The notes under the pieces were generated by a model that made no database searches, was not told the origin of the DNA, and was given only the letters and a program-made list of their open reading frames with translations. Of a stretch of DNA of 64,000 nucleotides, positions 36,765 through 45,866 are shown piece by piece. A program made the translations under genes and the position numbers. The DNA comes from Patescibacteria group bacterium (GTDB lineage Bacteria; Patescibacteriota; Microgenomatia; Curtissbacterales; GWA2-41-24): the NCBI GenBank assembly GCA_038063735.1, contig JBBTUN010000009.1:12491-76490 (forward strand), written 5' to 3'. Each line of letters begins with the position of its first letter. Position 1 is the first letter of the stretch.

Positions 36765-38081
36765 TTACTTTGCCGGAGTAGTTTGATATTTTGCAAAAAC
36801 TTTGGCGATATTAGCGGCTGTAGTCTTTAGGGCTTCCGTTGCGGGGGTTCCCGCTATTGCACTGTTTATTGCGTCTTCGTAGGCCTTAATTATTTGATCG
36901 TTTAAGCCGTTATCGAATGTTCGGGACGCCATTGGGAATGATTGCATATATGGTGCATCTGTCATATAGGCACCGACATACGGGTCCGACGCCAGTTTGG
37001 CTGCAAGCGTAATTTTGGGATATGCCTCGCCAAAAATTCTGCCCGGCGTCTTTTGAGCTTCGGTGTAGAGTTTGACCATAGTTGAATCCTCCTGAAGATA
37101 TTTGACGAACTTCCATGCTTCTTCCTGGCTTGTTGATTTAGAAGATACGCCAAGCGCCCAATAGCTACCCCAGGTGATTTTGTTATTGTCTAGTTGCGGG
37201 ACAGGCGCGATTTTAAAGTTTAACGTAGGATTTGACGCTTTTATTTCTGCTGCTCTCCAACTTGGTGCAAAATACATTGCCAGATTGCCGCCGGTAAACG
37301 CAATCGTAGAGGCCGGTTGAGCCTCATCCCAAACGCGGTTTTCGCTTTTTGTAAATTTTGTGTAGTATTCCAGGGAGTCTGCCGATCTTTGATCTGTAGG
37401 ATTTTTGATATCGCCCCCATTTTGCAATATCATAAGCCCAAGGATGTCTGAGAAATGGTCTACATTCGATGCTGTACCTAGGGCAACACCACCGGTTCTA
37501 ATATTACCATCCGGCCCTTTGACGGTAAGTTTTGCAGCATCCTGGGAAAGCTCCTGCCAAGTGGCCGGTGGCTGCGATATGCCTGCTGCCTTAAAGATAT
37601 CTTCGTTCCAATAAAGGCCTAAGCCATCTATGCCGGTTGGCACACCAACAAATTTTTTACCGGAATTTCTAAGATCTGTAAAAACAACGGGGAAGTAATC
37701 TTTTTTAATATCGGCGGATGTAATTATTTTGGCTGGAATTTCTGACATTTCATTTTGCAGCATTGGCGTCCAGGTATTATGAAACACAAAGACGTCCGGT
37801 CCTTTGCCGGAATTTATTTGTTCTTGCAGGGACTCGCGATATTGCTGGCGGTTTCTCTTTTCGTAAACAATGTTTACATTAGGGTGGTCTTTTTTGTAAT
37901 CCGTAATAACTTGATTTACAACAGATGCAGATTCCCAAAGGCCCCAAAACTTTAATGTAACTTCTTTATTGCCTGCTCCCTGTGGCAGGAGTTTACAGGC
38001 ACTTAAGACAAACGAAGCTACCAATACTAGCAGTAGTTTGGGCAAAAAGTTCATCACTTGAGTATGGTGATTTATACGCAC
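36765..38081 (-). CDS. carbohydrate ABC-transporter substrate-binding lipoprotein (family 1 SBP), orphan
   Basis: 438 aa with a lipoprotein signal (LSAC). The overall pattern resembles extracellular solute-binding protein family 1. No permease or ATPase genes nearby. Confidence 0.6.
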   Translation of the reverse strand: MRINHHTQVMNFLPKLLLVLVASFVLSACKLLPQGAGNKEVTLKFWGLWESASVVNQVITDYKKDHPNVNIVYEKRNRQQYRESLQEQINSGKGPDVFVFHNTWTPMLQNEMSEIPAKIITSADIKKDYFPVVFTDLRNSGKKFVGVPTGIDGLGLYWNEDIFKAAGISQPPATWQELSQDAAKLTVKGPDGNIRTGGVALGTASNVDHFSDILGLMILQNGGDIKNPTDQRSADSLEYYTKFTKSENRVWDEAQPASTIAFTGGNLAMYFAPSWRAAEIKASNPTLNFKIAPVPQLDNNKITWGSYWALGVSSKSTSQEEAWKFVKYLQEDSTMVKLYTEAQKTPGRIFGEAYPKITLAAKLASDPYVGAYMTDAPYMQSFPMASRTFDNGLNDQIIKAYEDAINSAIAGTPATEALKTTAANIAKVFAKYQTTPAK

Positions 38082-38119
38082 AATTCTATGATATCATATG
38101 CTTAAAATAAGTATGAGAA

Positions 38120-39988
38120 ATGAAGGGTAATAAACACAAAAAGAAGCGTTTTTTGAAAGATCCCCGAGTATTGGTTGTTTCGGGCGGACTGTTTGTGGTG
38201 CTTGCCATTTTTCTAAGTTTTTTTGCATATGAAATTTATTTTTCCGACAAAGTTTACCCTAATGTTTACTTTGCAGGTGAAAAGGTTGGCGGGCTTACTA
38301 AGGCCGAGCTTGCGACTAGAGTAGAGGCAAGAATTAACAAAGTGCGGTCGGAGGAAATTGTTTTTAACTTGGACGGTAAAGAGATCAAGGCTAATTTAGA
38401 TGAGGTTGGTGTAGATTTTGACCCCAAAGCCACTATCGGGGAAATTTATGCTGTTGGAAGAACTCCTCAAAACGCACTGGGCGCACTTGCGCTAATTATT
38501 CATCCTGTTAATGTGAAGGCAGACCACGTTGTGAGTTTCGATAAATTGACTACTTTGACAAACAGATTGTTTACGCCTTACGAAAAACAGCCGCAAAATG
38601 CTGATATTGAATATGTAAACGGGAGTTTTGTCTTGGTAAAAGAGGAGGCAGGTAGACTTGTAGACCGGTCTTTATTGTATGGGGAACTTGCAAAAGATTT
38701 AGATACACTGGATTTTAGTCCGATAAATGCAGCGCTTGTGGATAAAACCCCGGACATTAAGCAAGCACAGTTAGAAAAGGCGTACGAGAACGTTCGGATA
38801 ATTGCCAAGGTTCAAATAACGTTGTCGCATGACTATGACAAATGGAGTCTGGGCGGAAAAACATTGTTGGATTTGCTTCGAATTTATCCTTATAACCAAA
38901 GTTCCGATAACGTTGCCCAGATTAGTTTAGGAAATGGAGACATAACTATCAAGAGAATTTACACCGGTGATTTTGCCGAGAATGATCTTGATATTAATTT
39001 GGATCAGGCAACAATAGACGCCTATCTTGCCGGTATTGCCAAGGTCATTGATAAGCCAACTCGCGATGCCACTTTAAGATTTGAAGGTGGCAAGGTTATC
39101 GAGTTTTCCAGTGCCCAGGATGGACAAGTTCTTGATCGTGACAAGATTAAAAAACTTATCCTGGACAGATTGTCTATAAATAATACAAATGGCGCTCAGA
39201 AGGTTGCTATTGAGCTGCCTGTAAAAGTTACAAAAGCCAAAATCGACAACGCAGAAGTAAATTCACTGGGAATTCACGAGCTCATTGGGTCTGGAGTATC
39301 TTATTTTAGCGGATCAATACCAAATAGGGTTTTTAATATTTCGCTCGGGTCCAGCTTAATAAATGGGGTTTTGGTAAAACCGGGTGAGACATTTTCTTTT
39401 ACCAACCTTGTCGGAGCGGTTTCGAAAGAGCAGGGTTTTAAACAGGCGTATGTAATTAATGCAGGCAGAACTGTACTTGACGACGGCGGAGGTATTTGCC
39501 AGGTTTCTACAACTGTATTTCGGGCAGCTTTAAACGCGGGACTTCCTATTGTAAAGAGAACGGCTCATGCTTACCGGGTTTCTTATTATGAGCAGCACGG
39601 CTTTAAGCCCGGCATGGATGCAACTATTTTTTCTCCAAATGTAGATTTTCAATTTAAGAATGACACCAGTCACCATGTTTTGGTTCAGACTACCGTTGAT
39701 AAAGCTAACTCCCGATTGCAAGTTGATATATACGGAACAGGTGACGGCCGAAAGGTTGAAATCAGTGATCCGGTTGTAAACAATATTGTACCTGCTCCGG
39801 AACCAAAGTACCAAGATGACCCAACCCTCCCTAAAGGAACAACAAAGCAGGTTGATTTTGCGGCAGCCGGTGCAACTGCCGTATTTGGCAGAAAAGTGTA
39901 TAAGGGTGGGCAATTGGTTATTGATGAAAAATTTAAATCAAATTTTAGGCCATGGCAAGCCGTGTTTTTAGTTGGTACGGCGGGATAG
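38120..39988 (+). CDS. VanW-family protein with N-terminal TM anchor
   Basis: PGETFSFTNLVG ... GGGICQVSTTVFRAALNAGLPIVKRTAHAY matches the VanW domain core. The upstream region has PG-binding-like repeats. 622 aa. Confidence 0.7.
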   Translation: MKGNKHKKKRFLKDPRVLVVSGGLFVVLAIFLSFFAYEIYFSDKVYPNVYFAGEKVGGLTKAELATRVEARINKVRSEEIVFNLDGKEIKANLDEVGVDFDPKATIGEIYAVGRTPQNALGALALIIHPVNVKADHVVSFDKLTTLTNRLFTPYEKQPQNADIEYVNGSFVLVKEEAGRLVDRSLLYGELAKDLDTLDFSPINAALVDKTPDIKQAQLEKAYENVRIIAKVQITLSHDYDKWSLGGKTLLDLLRIYPYNQSSDNVAQISLGNGDITIKRIYTGDFAENDLDINLDQATIDAYLAGIAKVIDKPTRDATLRFEGGKVIEFSSAQDGQVLDRDKIKKLILDRLSINNTNGAQKVAIELPVKVTKAKIDNAEVNSLGIHELIGSGVSYFSGSIPNRVFNISLGSSLINGVLVKPGETFSFTNLVGAVSKEQGFKQAYVINAGRTVLDDGGGICQVSTTVFRAALNAGLPIVKRTAHAYRVSYYEQHGFKPGMDATIFSPNVDFQFKNDTSHHVLVQTTVDKANSRLQVDIYGTGDGRKVEISDPVVNNIVPAPEPKYQDDPTLPKGTTKQVDFAAAGATAVFGRKVYKGGQLVIDEKFKSNFRPWQAVFLVGTAG

Positions 39989-40005
39989 AATGTTAGGATA
40001 GCGAC

Positions 40006-40515
40006 ATGAAAAAAGATTTAGCAATAATCGGAGGTTTGTTTGTAGTTATTATTGTCCTTGTAATTTTTGGGCAAGGTTTTACATCCGGTGGTTTTTTATC
40101 GAGCTCAGGTACGTCTGGGTCTGCAACTAAATCTGCGGTTTTATCCGGTCAAATACCAGTGGCAGTAAAAAGTTTAAACGCTTCGGCGACAGTTGCAACG
40201 ACCCCGGACCAAAGGAAAAAGGGCCTTGCAAACCTAGATTCGCTTCCACTTAATAGCGCAATGCTTTTTGTATTTGATCATAAAGACTCTTATGCTATTT
40301 GGATGAAAGATATGCGGTTTGCCATAGACATAATATGGATAGACGAAAATAAAAAAATAGTTGATATTGCCCAAAATGTTGCTCCGGAGCCCAAGAAAAA
40401 AGATCGCGAATTAACTGTTTACAGGCCTAAGGCAGACGCAAAGTATGTACTGGAAGTAAACGCCGGCCTGGCTTCTCTCAATGGACTAGTGCTGGGCGAC
40501 CCTGTACAATTTTAG
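40006..40515 (+). CDS. DUF192-domain exported protein
   Basis: AMLFVFDHKDSYAIWMKDMRFAIDIIWIDENKKIV matches the DUF192 (COG1430) core. N-terminal TM anchor. Confidence 0.55.
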   Translation: MKKDLAIIGGLFVVIIVLVIFGQGFTSGGFLSSSGTSGSATKSAVLSGQIPVAVKSLNASATVATTPDQRKKGLANLDSLPLNSAMLFVFDHKDSYAIWMKDMRFAIDIIWIDENKKIVDIAQNVAPEPKKKDRELTVYRPKADAKYVLEVNAGLASLNGLVLGDPVQF

Positions 40516-40518
40516 GCC

Positions 40519-41532
40519 ATGTTAACACTGGGCATTGAATCCACTTGCGATGAAACAGGCGTGGCGCTTGTTCGCGATGGGAAGATTATTGAGGTTAATA
40601 GACTCAGTTCTTCGGTTGACTTACAAAAAAAATTTGGCGGTGTAATACCGGAGGTTGCCGCGCGCGAGCAAGTTAAAGTAATAATCCCATTAATTTCGGA
40701 TGCTTTGTCCGGAATAAGCCTTAATGCTATTGATGCAATAGCAGTAAGCTTCGGGCCGGGCCTTGTTGGTTCGCTTTTAGTCGGTGTCGAAACGGCAAAA
40801 GCTCTTGCGTATACTTTAGGTAAACCTTTGATCGCTGTTAATCATTTGGAGGGGCATATATATGCAAATTGGTTGGAGTCAAATCCCAAATTTCCTTTAA
40901 TTGGGTTGATTGTTTCGGGGGGGCATACTGATTTGATTTTGATGCGAAGACAAGGTGATTTTAAATTGCTGGGTTCAACGCTTGATGACGCATGCGGCGA
41001 GGCATTTGATAAGGTGGCAAAATTTTTGGAGCTTGGATACCCGGGAGGGCCAGAGATCGAGGTGGAAGCTCAAAAATACAAAGTGCCAAATAGGAATGAT
41101 GAAGCCGAAAGTTTACTCAATCCGATGTTTCCAAGCCCGATGATAGGTAGCAGTAATTTTAATTTTTCTTTCTCTGGACTCAAGACGGCAGTGGTTAATT
41201 ATGTAAGCAAAAATAATATTCAGCTAGAAGCGAAGAATGTTTCCAGAATTGCTTATTATTTCCAGGATAGTGTTGTACGAGTGCTAGTCAATAAGACGTT
41301 AAAGGCGGCAAAAAAATATCGCGTGGAGTCTATAGTGGTGGGTGGAGGTGTTGCTGCTAACACCAGGTTGAGAGACGAACTTTTAAAAAAAGTTGATAGA
41401 GATTACAAGGTTTATTTTCCCGAGAAAAAGTTTAGCGTGGACAATGGAGCAATGATAGCGGCTGCAGCTTTTTACAAAAATATACCTGTTGATCCATTAA
41501 AACTTTTCGCTGACCCTAATCTTCACTTTTGA
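40519..41532 (+). CDS. tsaD: tRNA N6-adenosine threonylcarbamoyltransferase TsaD (Kae1/Gcp)
   Basis: MLTLGIESTCDETGVALV start, LEGHIYANWL and GGVAAN motifs. 337 aa. Confidence 0.9.
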   Translation: MLTLGIESTCDETGVALVRDGKIIEVNRLSSSVDLQKKFGGVIPEVAAREQVKVIIPLISDALSGISLNAIDAIAVSFGPGLVGSLLVGVETAKALAYTLGKPLIAVNHLEGHIYANWLESNPKFPLIGLIVSGGHTDLILMRRQGDFKLLGSTLDDACGEAFDKVAKFLELGYPGGPEIEVEAQKYKVPNRNDEAESLLNPMFPSPMIGSSNFNFSFSGLKTAVVNYVSKNNIQLEAKNVSRIAYYFQDSVVRVLVNKTLKAAKKYRVESIVVGGGVAANTRLRDELLKKVDRDYKVYFPEKKFSVDNGAMIAAAAFYKNIPVDPLKLFADPNLHF

Positions 41533-41684
41533 AAAAATGCTTCGCTGATATATAATTTTTACAAATTAAAAGTAGTTGGATGTTGACGACATAAAGTTTT
41601 CAACATGACTCAGATTTTGGCAAAATGCTTTGCACGTGATAGGTCGGCACGTGAAACCATTGGTTATAAATGTAAGAAAATAAA

Positions 41685-43970
41685 ATGAGACAAAAAGACA
41701 TAGAGACAAAGACACAAATTAAAAATAGTTTTAAAGAGGAAAAAGAAATATACGCTTTTTGGGAAAAGGAAAAGTTTTTTTCATTCGACTCAAAAACTTC
41801 AAAAAATATTTATTCTCTTTTAATGCCCCCGCCCAACTTAACCGGTGAATTGCATTTGGGTCACGCCCTTCAGCACTGCATCATGGATGCTATTGCTAGA
41901 TATAAACGCCTCTCTGGTTTTGAGGTTTTACTTCTTCCTGGCGTGGACCATGCCGGCATCCAATTTGAAGGAACGCTAGACAAAAAACTTTCCAAAGAGG
42001 GCAAGACGAAGAAAAGTTTGGGCAGAGAAAAATGGTTAGAAGAAGCATGGAAATTTAAAGATGAAGTTTATAAATCTTTTCATGATACCTGGACATTATT
42101 TGGTATTTCTGCAGACTGGTCTCGTGAAGTTTTTACTTTGGATAATGGACCAAAAAAAGCTGTTTTTGAAGAATTTAAAACTTTTTGGGATAAAGGATTA
42201 ATTTATAAAGGGCCATACATTGTGCAGTGGTGTCCTAAGTGCAACACGGCAATTGAAGATGTGGAAATGGAATACCTGGAAAAACGCGAGACACTTTACT
42301 TCTTAAAATATGGCCCTTTGACATTGGCAACGGCAAGGCCCGAAACAAAGTTTGGAGACACTGCTATGGCGGTTAATCCCACGGACAAAAGGTATAAGGA
42401 CTTTATCGGAAAAGAATTTGAAATAGAAACACTAAACGGCAAAAAGATGATGATTGTTGTAGGGGATGATGCCGTTGATCCAAAATTTGGAACAGGAGTT
42501 ATCAAAGTAACCCCAGGGCATGATTTTACCGATTATGAAATTGGCAAGCGTCATAATTTGCCAATTATTCAGGTAATTAGTAAGGAGGGAAGACTCACGG
42601 AATTGGCCGGGAAATATGCCGGTATGAAAGTCTTGGAAGCAAGGGCAGTGATGATTCCCGATTTAAAAGCGAAAGGGATCTTAGTAAAGGAGGAGGAATA
42701 TATTCATAACGTCTCCGTTTGTGAAAGATGCAAAAGCGTCGTTGAGCCGTTAATTTCCGAGGAATGGTTTGTAAAAATGAAAGATATTGCAAAAGGCGGA
42801 ATTGCTGCGATTAACAAAGATCAGATAAAGTTCTTACCAAAAAATTATAAAGGGATTATTTTGGATTGGCTTGAGGAATTGCATGACTGGTGTATTTCCA
42901 GATCTCTTTGGTGGGGACATAGGATTCCTGTTTGGTATAAGAGAAGTGATAAGAGACAAGCGATAAGCAAAGCTTTTCTACGAATAAGTGATAAGCCAGA
43001 AAGGTCTGAAATGAGAGTTTCACTTGAGTCGCCCGGAAAAGGCTGGGTGCAGGATGAGCAGGTTTTGGATACTTGGTTTTCGTCGGGGTTGTGGCCATTA
43101 AGCACTCTGGGCTGGCCGAAGGTTACGGGTCCTGTCAGTGATTTCCCTCCCGTTAGTGCTCGTTCGAGTGAACAATCAAAAGGTAATCTAAAAGAAACTG
43201 TCGAACTGCGCGCTGACAGGAGCCTTTCCACCACTGCCACCCGTTCCCGGGATGGACTTTATGAGTCGGCCTTTCCGTGGGATTTTGAAATTAGCGCACC
43301 GGAAATTAAATACCTGTGGATTGCCAGGATGATTATGCTTTCAGTTTATTTCACCGACGAAATTCCTTTTAAAACGATGTTTTTCCACGGCATGTTAAGG
43401 GACTTGGAAGGGCGTAAATTTTCTAAATCTTTAGGAAATGGTATCGAACCGCAGTACTTGGTTGATAAGTGGGGCGTCGATGCCTCCCGGATGGCTTTAT
43501 ACACTTATTCGATTCCGGGAAGGGACGGCCGTGTTAACAAGGCAGTTCTGGATGAAAGGGGCAAAAACTTCAGGAATTTTGGAACTAAAATTAGAAACAT
43601 TGCACGGTTTGTGCTGGAGCTTAAGCGACAAGAGACAAGCAACAAGAGACAAGAGAAAAATGAATACAGTGATCAATGGATAGTGGAGGAATTGGATAAG
43701 ACTATAAAAAAAGTTACCAAGAATTTGGATAATTTAGAACTTCATTTGGCAGTGGAGGAATTGTACGAGTTTGTGTGGCATAAGTTTGCCGACAAATATA
43801 TTGAATCAGCAAAGGAAAGAAGAGGAGATGCGCAGCCAACTTTGGAAAATGTCCTGAAGCAGGTTTTGATTCTTCTGCATCCTTTCATGCCGTTTTTGAC
43901 TGAGGAAGTTTATCAGATGTTTGATGTAAAAAAGAAATCGATAATGTTGGAAGAATGGCCTTCTGTCTAA
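41685..43970 (+). CDS. valS: valyl-tRNA synthetase (shortened, 761 aa) with an unusual low-complexity insertion
   Basis: PPPNLTGELHLGHAL (HIGH), ATARPETKFGDTAMAVNPTDKRY and GHDFTDYEIGKRHNLP (ValRS signatures), WCISRSLWWGHRIP, DTWFSSGLWPLSTLGWP, and KFSKSLGN (KMSKS). There is a ~40-aa Ser/Arg-rich insert between LGWP and the WIARMIM motif. Confidence 0.85.
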   Translation: MRQKDIETKTQIKNSFKEEKEIYAFWEKEKFFSFDSKTSKNIYSLLMPPPNLTGELHLGHALQHCIMDAIARYKRLSGFEVLLLPGVDHAGIQFEGTLDKKLSKEGKTKKSLGREKWLEEAWKFKDEVYKSFHDTWTLFGISADWSREVFTLDNGPKKAVFEEFKTFWDKGLIYKGPYIVQWCPKCNTAIEDVEMEYLEKRETLYFLKYGPLTLATARPETKFGDTAMAVNPTDKRYKDFIGKEFEIETLNGKKMMIVVGDDAVDPKFGTGVIKVTPGHDFTDYEIGKRHNLPIIQVISKEGRLTELAGKYAGMKVLEARAVMIPDLKAKGILVKEEEYIHNVSVCERCKSVVEPLISEEWFVKMKDIAKGGIAAINKDQIKFLPKNYKGIILDWLEELHDWCISRSLWWGHRIPVWYKRSDKRQAISKAFLRISDKPERSEMRVSLESPGKGWVQDEQVLDTWFSSGLWPLSTLGWPKVTGPVSDFPPVSARSSEQSKGNLKETVELRADRSLSTTATRSRDGLYESAFPWDFEISAPEIKYLWIARMIMLSVYFTDEIPFKTMFFHGMLRDLEGRKFSKSLGNGIEPQYLVDKWGVDASRMALYTYSIPGRDGRVNKAVLDERGKNFRNFGTKIRNIARFVLELKRQETSNKRQEKNEYSDQWIVEELDKTIKKVTKNLDNLELHLAVEELYEFVWHKFADKYIESAKERRGDAQPTLENVLKQVLILLHPFMPFLTEEVYQMFDVKKKSIMLEEWPSV

Positions 43971-44075
43971 TTTTTAATTTTAAGTTTTAAATTTTTATTG
44001 AATTATTAATGTTTAAATTATTTAAAATTTTAATTTGATTGAAAATTATAAATTAAGAATTTAAAATTAAATAGT
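43971..44075. repeat. AT-rich ~70-nt dispersed intergenic repeat, copy 2, between convergent valS and rplY
   Basis: TTTTTAATTTTAAGTTTTAAATTTTTATTGAATTATTAATGTTTAAATTATTTAAAATTTT has the same word order as copy 1. Confidence 0.6.
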
Positions 44076-44154
44076 AATTCCCGCAAAATTCTTGCAGTAA
44101 TTACCGCATCTATTTAAGTATCAAATGTGTCAAAAGTATCTAGAGTATCAAAGG

Positions 44155-44871
44155 TTATTCTGATTTTTCTTCTTGGGGCTTTTCGGAAGTTTCGGCACCT
44201 TCGGCTGATGCTTCGCCTTCGGCTGCACCCTCTGCACCTTCAGCTGGGGCTTCTACGGCGACAGCTTCGGCCTGTTCTGCTTCGACTTCGGCTTCTAATT
44301 CTTCCATTTCTTTGGTGACAAGTTCTCCAATTTGGGCAACAACAAGTTCTTCGTCTGTGAGAACTTCGATTTTGGATCTGTCAACTTTTAAGTCTTTAAC
44401 TTTTATTTCATCATCAATATTTAAAAGATTTGTAATATCGACTTCGATGTTTTCCGGCAGGTCTCCAGGGAGAGCTTCTACTTCTACTTCTGTAATGGGG
44501 GTTAGCAAAAGGCCGATTTTCTTTTCGACTGCGGGGGACTCGCCAATAATTTCTATGGGTACGTTAACTTTGACTTTCTCGGAAAGATTTACCTGGTAAA
44601 AGTCGATGTGCACGAGATCGTCGGTTATTGGGTTAAGTTGCGTGTCTCTAACCATTACCGGTTTTTTAACGCCATCTATAGTTAGCGCAATTATCCCGGT
44701 TTCCCCGACCTTTTCGAAAACTTTTGCAAAGTCATGGGCATTAACCTGGACATGGTCTGTTTCTACTTTATGGCCAAAAACGTGCGCAGGGAGAATCCCT
44801 TCTCTTCGAAGTTGTTTGACTTTTTTCCCAAGTATTGTTCGCTTTTGGGCAACTAATGGCGTCTGTTCCAT
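44155..44871 (-). CDS. rplY: ribosomal protein L25/general stress protein Ctc form with acidic Ala/Glu-rich C-terminal extension
   Basis: MEQTPLVAQKRTILGKKVKQLRREGILPAHVFG is the L25 N-terminal signature. The C-terminal 60 aa are an EAEAVAVEAPAEG low-complexity tail. Confidence 0.8.
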   Translation of the reverse strand: MEQTPLVAQKRTILGKKVKQLRREGILPAHVFGHKVETDHVQVNAHDFAKVFEKVGETGIIALTIDGVKKPVMVRDTQLNPITDDLVHIDFYQVNLSEKVKVNVPIEIIGESPAVEKKIGLLLTPITEVEVEALPGDLPENIEVDITNLLNIDDEIKVKDLKVDRSKIEVLTDEELVVAQIGELVTKEMEELEAEVEAEQAEAVAVEAPAEGAEGAAEGEASAEGAETSEKPQEEKSE

Positions 44872-45079
44872 GCTTTTACTTTAAGGACAAACCTAAAACG
44901 GTTTTTCCTTAATATTCCTTTTCCCTTTGTTGAATAATTTAAACTAGCAAAAGCTAGATTTAAATTAGAATTAAAGGAGTTGACAAGAGATGATACCAAA
45001 TATTCATTTGAAAGGTCAAACTATAGGGGCCCACCCTTGTAATTTTGGCTGGCGTTTATATATAGTGAAGTAAGAGTAG

Positions 45080-45445
45080 ATGCAAGAGCCACTTTCGGTA
45101 AAAACTCAAATAGAAAAAGACGTTTTGGCGCGAATACTTTTGGGGCTTCACAATTTTACAATGACTGTAGAAGCGGCCCGGGAAATTGCAAGAATGACTT
45201 TGGCGACAGTAGATAAAATCGTAAAACACGAGGAGACAGTGGTTGAATTTTATCGTGATTTGGCCAAAAAGCATAAATCTTTTGAGATCTTGTATACTAA
45301 GGTAAAAGGCGAGATTTTAAGAGGCCAGGAGATTACCGCTTACCGCGATGCGTTGAATTTGGTTAACGAGGGTAAGATAGAAGAGGCTAATAAAATCGCC
45401 CAAGGCGCACTAGATATAACTGCCAATGAAACAGCTGACGCTTGA
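45080..45445 (+). CDS. hypothetical alpha-helical protein, first gene of a three-gene operon
   Basis: 121 aa with no recognised family. The stop overlaps the next ORF's start by 20 nt. Confidence 0.3.
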   Translation: MQEPLSVKTQIEKDVLARILLGLHNFTMTVEAAREIARMTLATVDKIVKHEETVVEFYRDLAKKHKSFEILYTKVKGEILRGQEITAYRDALNLVNEGKIEEANKIAQGALDITANETADA

Positions 45446-45866
45446 TACGATTATTGACGGACTAAGTGACGCGCCTATTTCTATTGGGGATAGGTTGACT
45501 ACTTTGGGAGTTGAGGAGAATACTCTTTCTACATTTTCCAAGGAACTTTTGGAAACTGTTGTTTATGGAAGCAGCTTTTTGAAGTTTTTACAGGAAAACA
45601 GAGACAAGCTTGGCATAAATGGGGAAATTCCGGCGGAAGCGTTGCCGGAGGATTTTAAAGACGCTTTTGAAGAGGGTGAGGCGACTTTAGAAAACAGACT
45701 CGTTGCTGCAGGCTTTCCTAAAGAAGACCTTTCTGCTATTTTTGGCGAGGATACCTTACAACTTTCTCTTTCTGCCCAAGAATTCACCGCTTTTATAGAA
45801 AAGAACCCAGACAAATTTTTAGCAGGAATAAAAAACCTGGCAGGAGTGGGGGCTACCGATGCCTGA
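45426..45866 (+). CDS. hypothetical acidic protein, second gene of the operon
   Basis: 146 aa and Glu/Asp-rich. The stop overlaps the next ORF's start by 8 nt. Confidence 0.3.
   Translation: MKQLTLDTIIDGLSDAPISIGDRLTTLGVEENTLSTFSKELLETVVYGSSFLKFLQENRDKLGINGEIPAEALPEDFKDAFEEGEATLENRLVAAGFPKEDLSAIFGEDTLQLSLSAQEFTAFIEKNPDKFLAGIKNLAGVGATDA

Noticed and set aside
41533-41684. T-box riboswitch leader upstream of valS
   Set aside because: No T-box consensus (AATTAGGGTGGTACCGCG-like) or specifier/antiterminator architecture is recognisable. Only short dyads (ATGTTGA...TCAACAT and a GCACGTGA direct repeat) are present.
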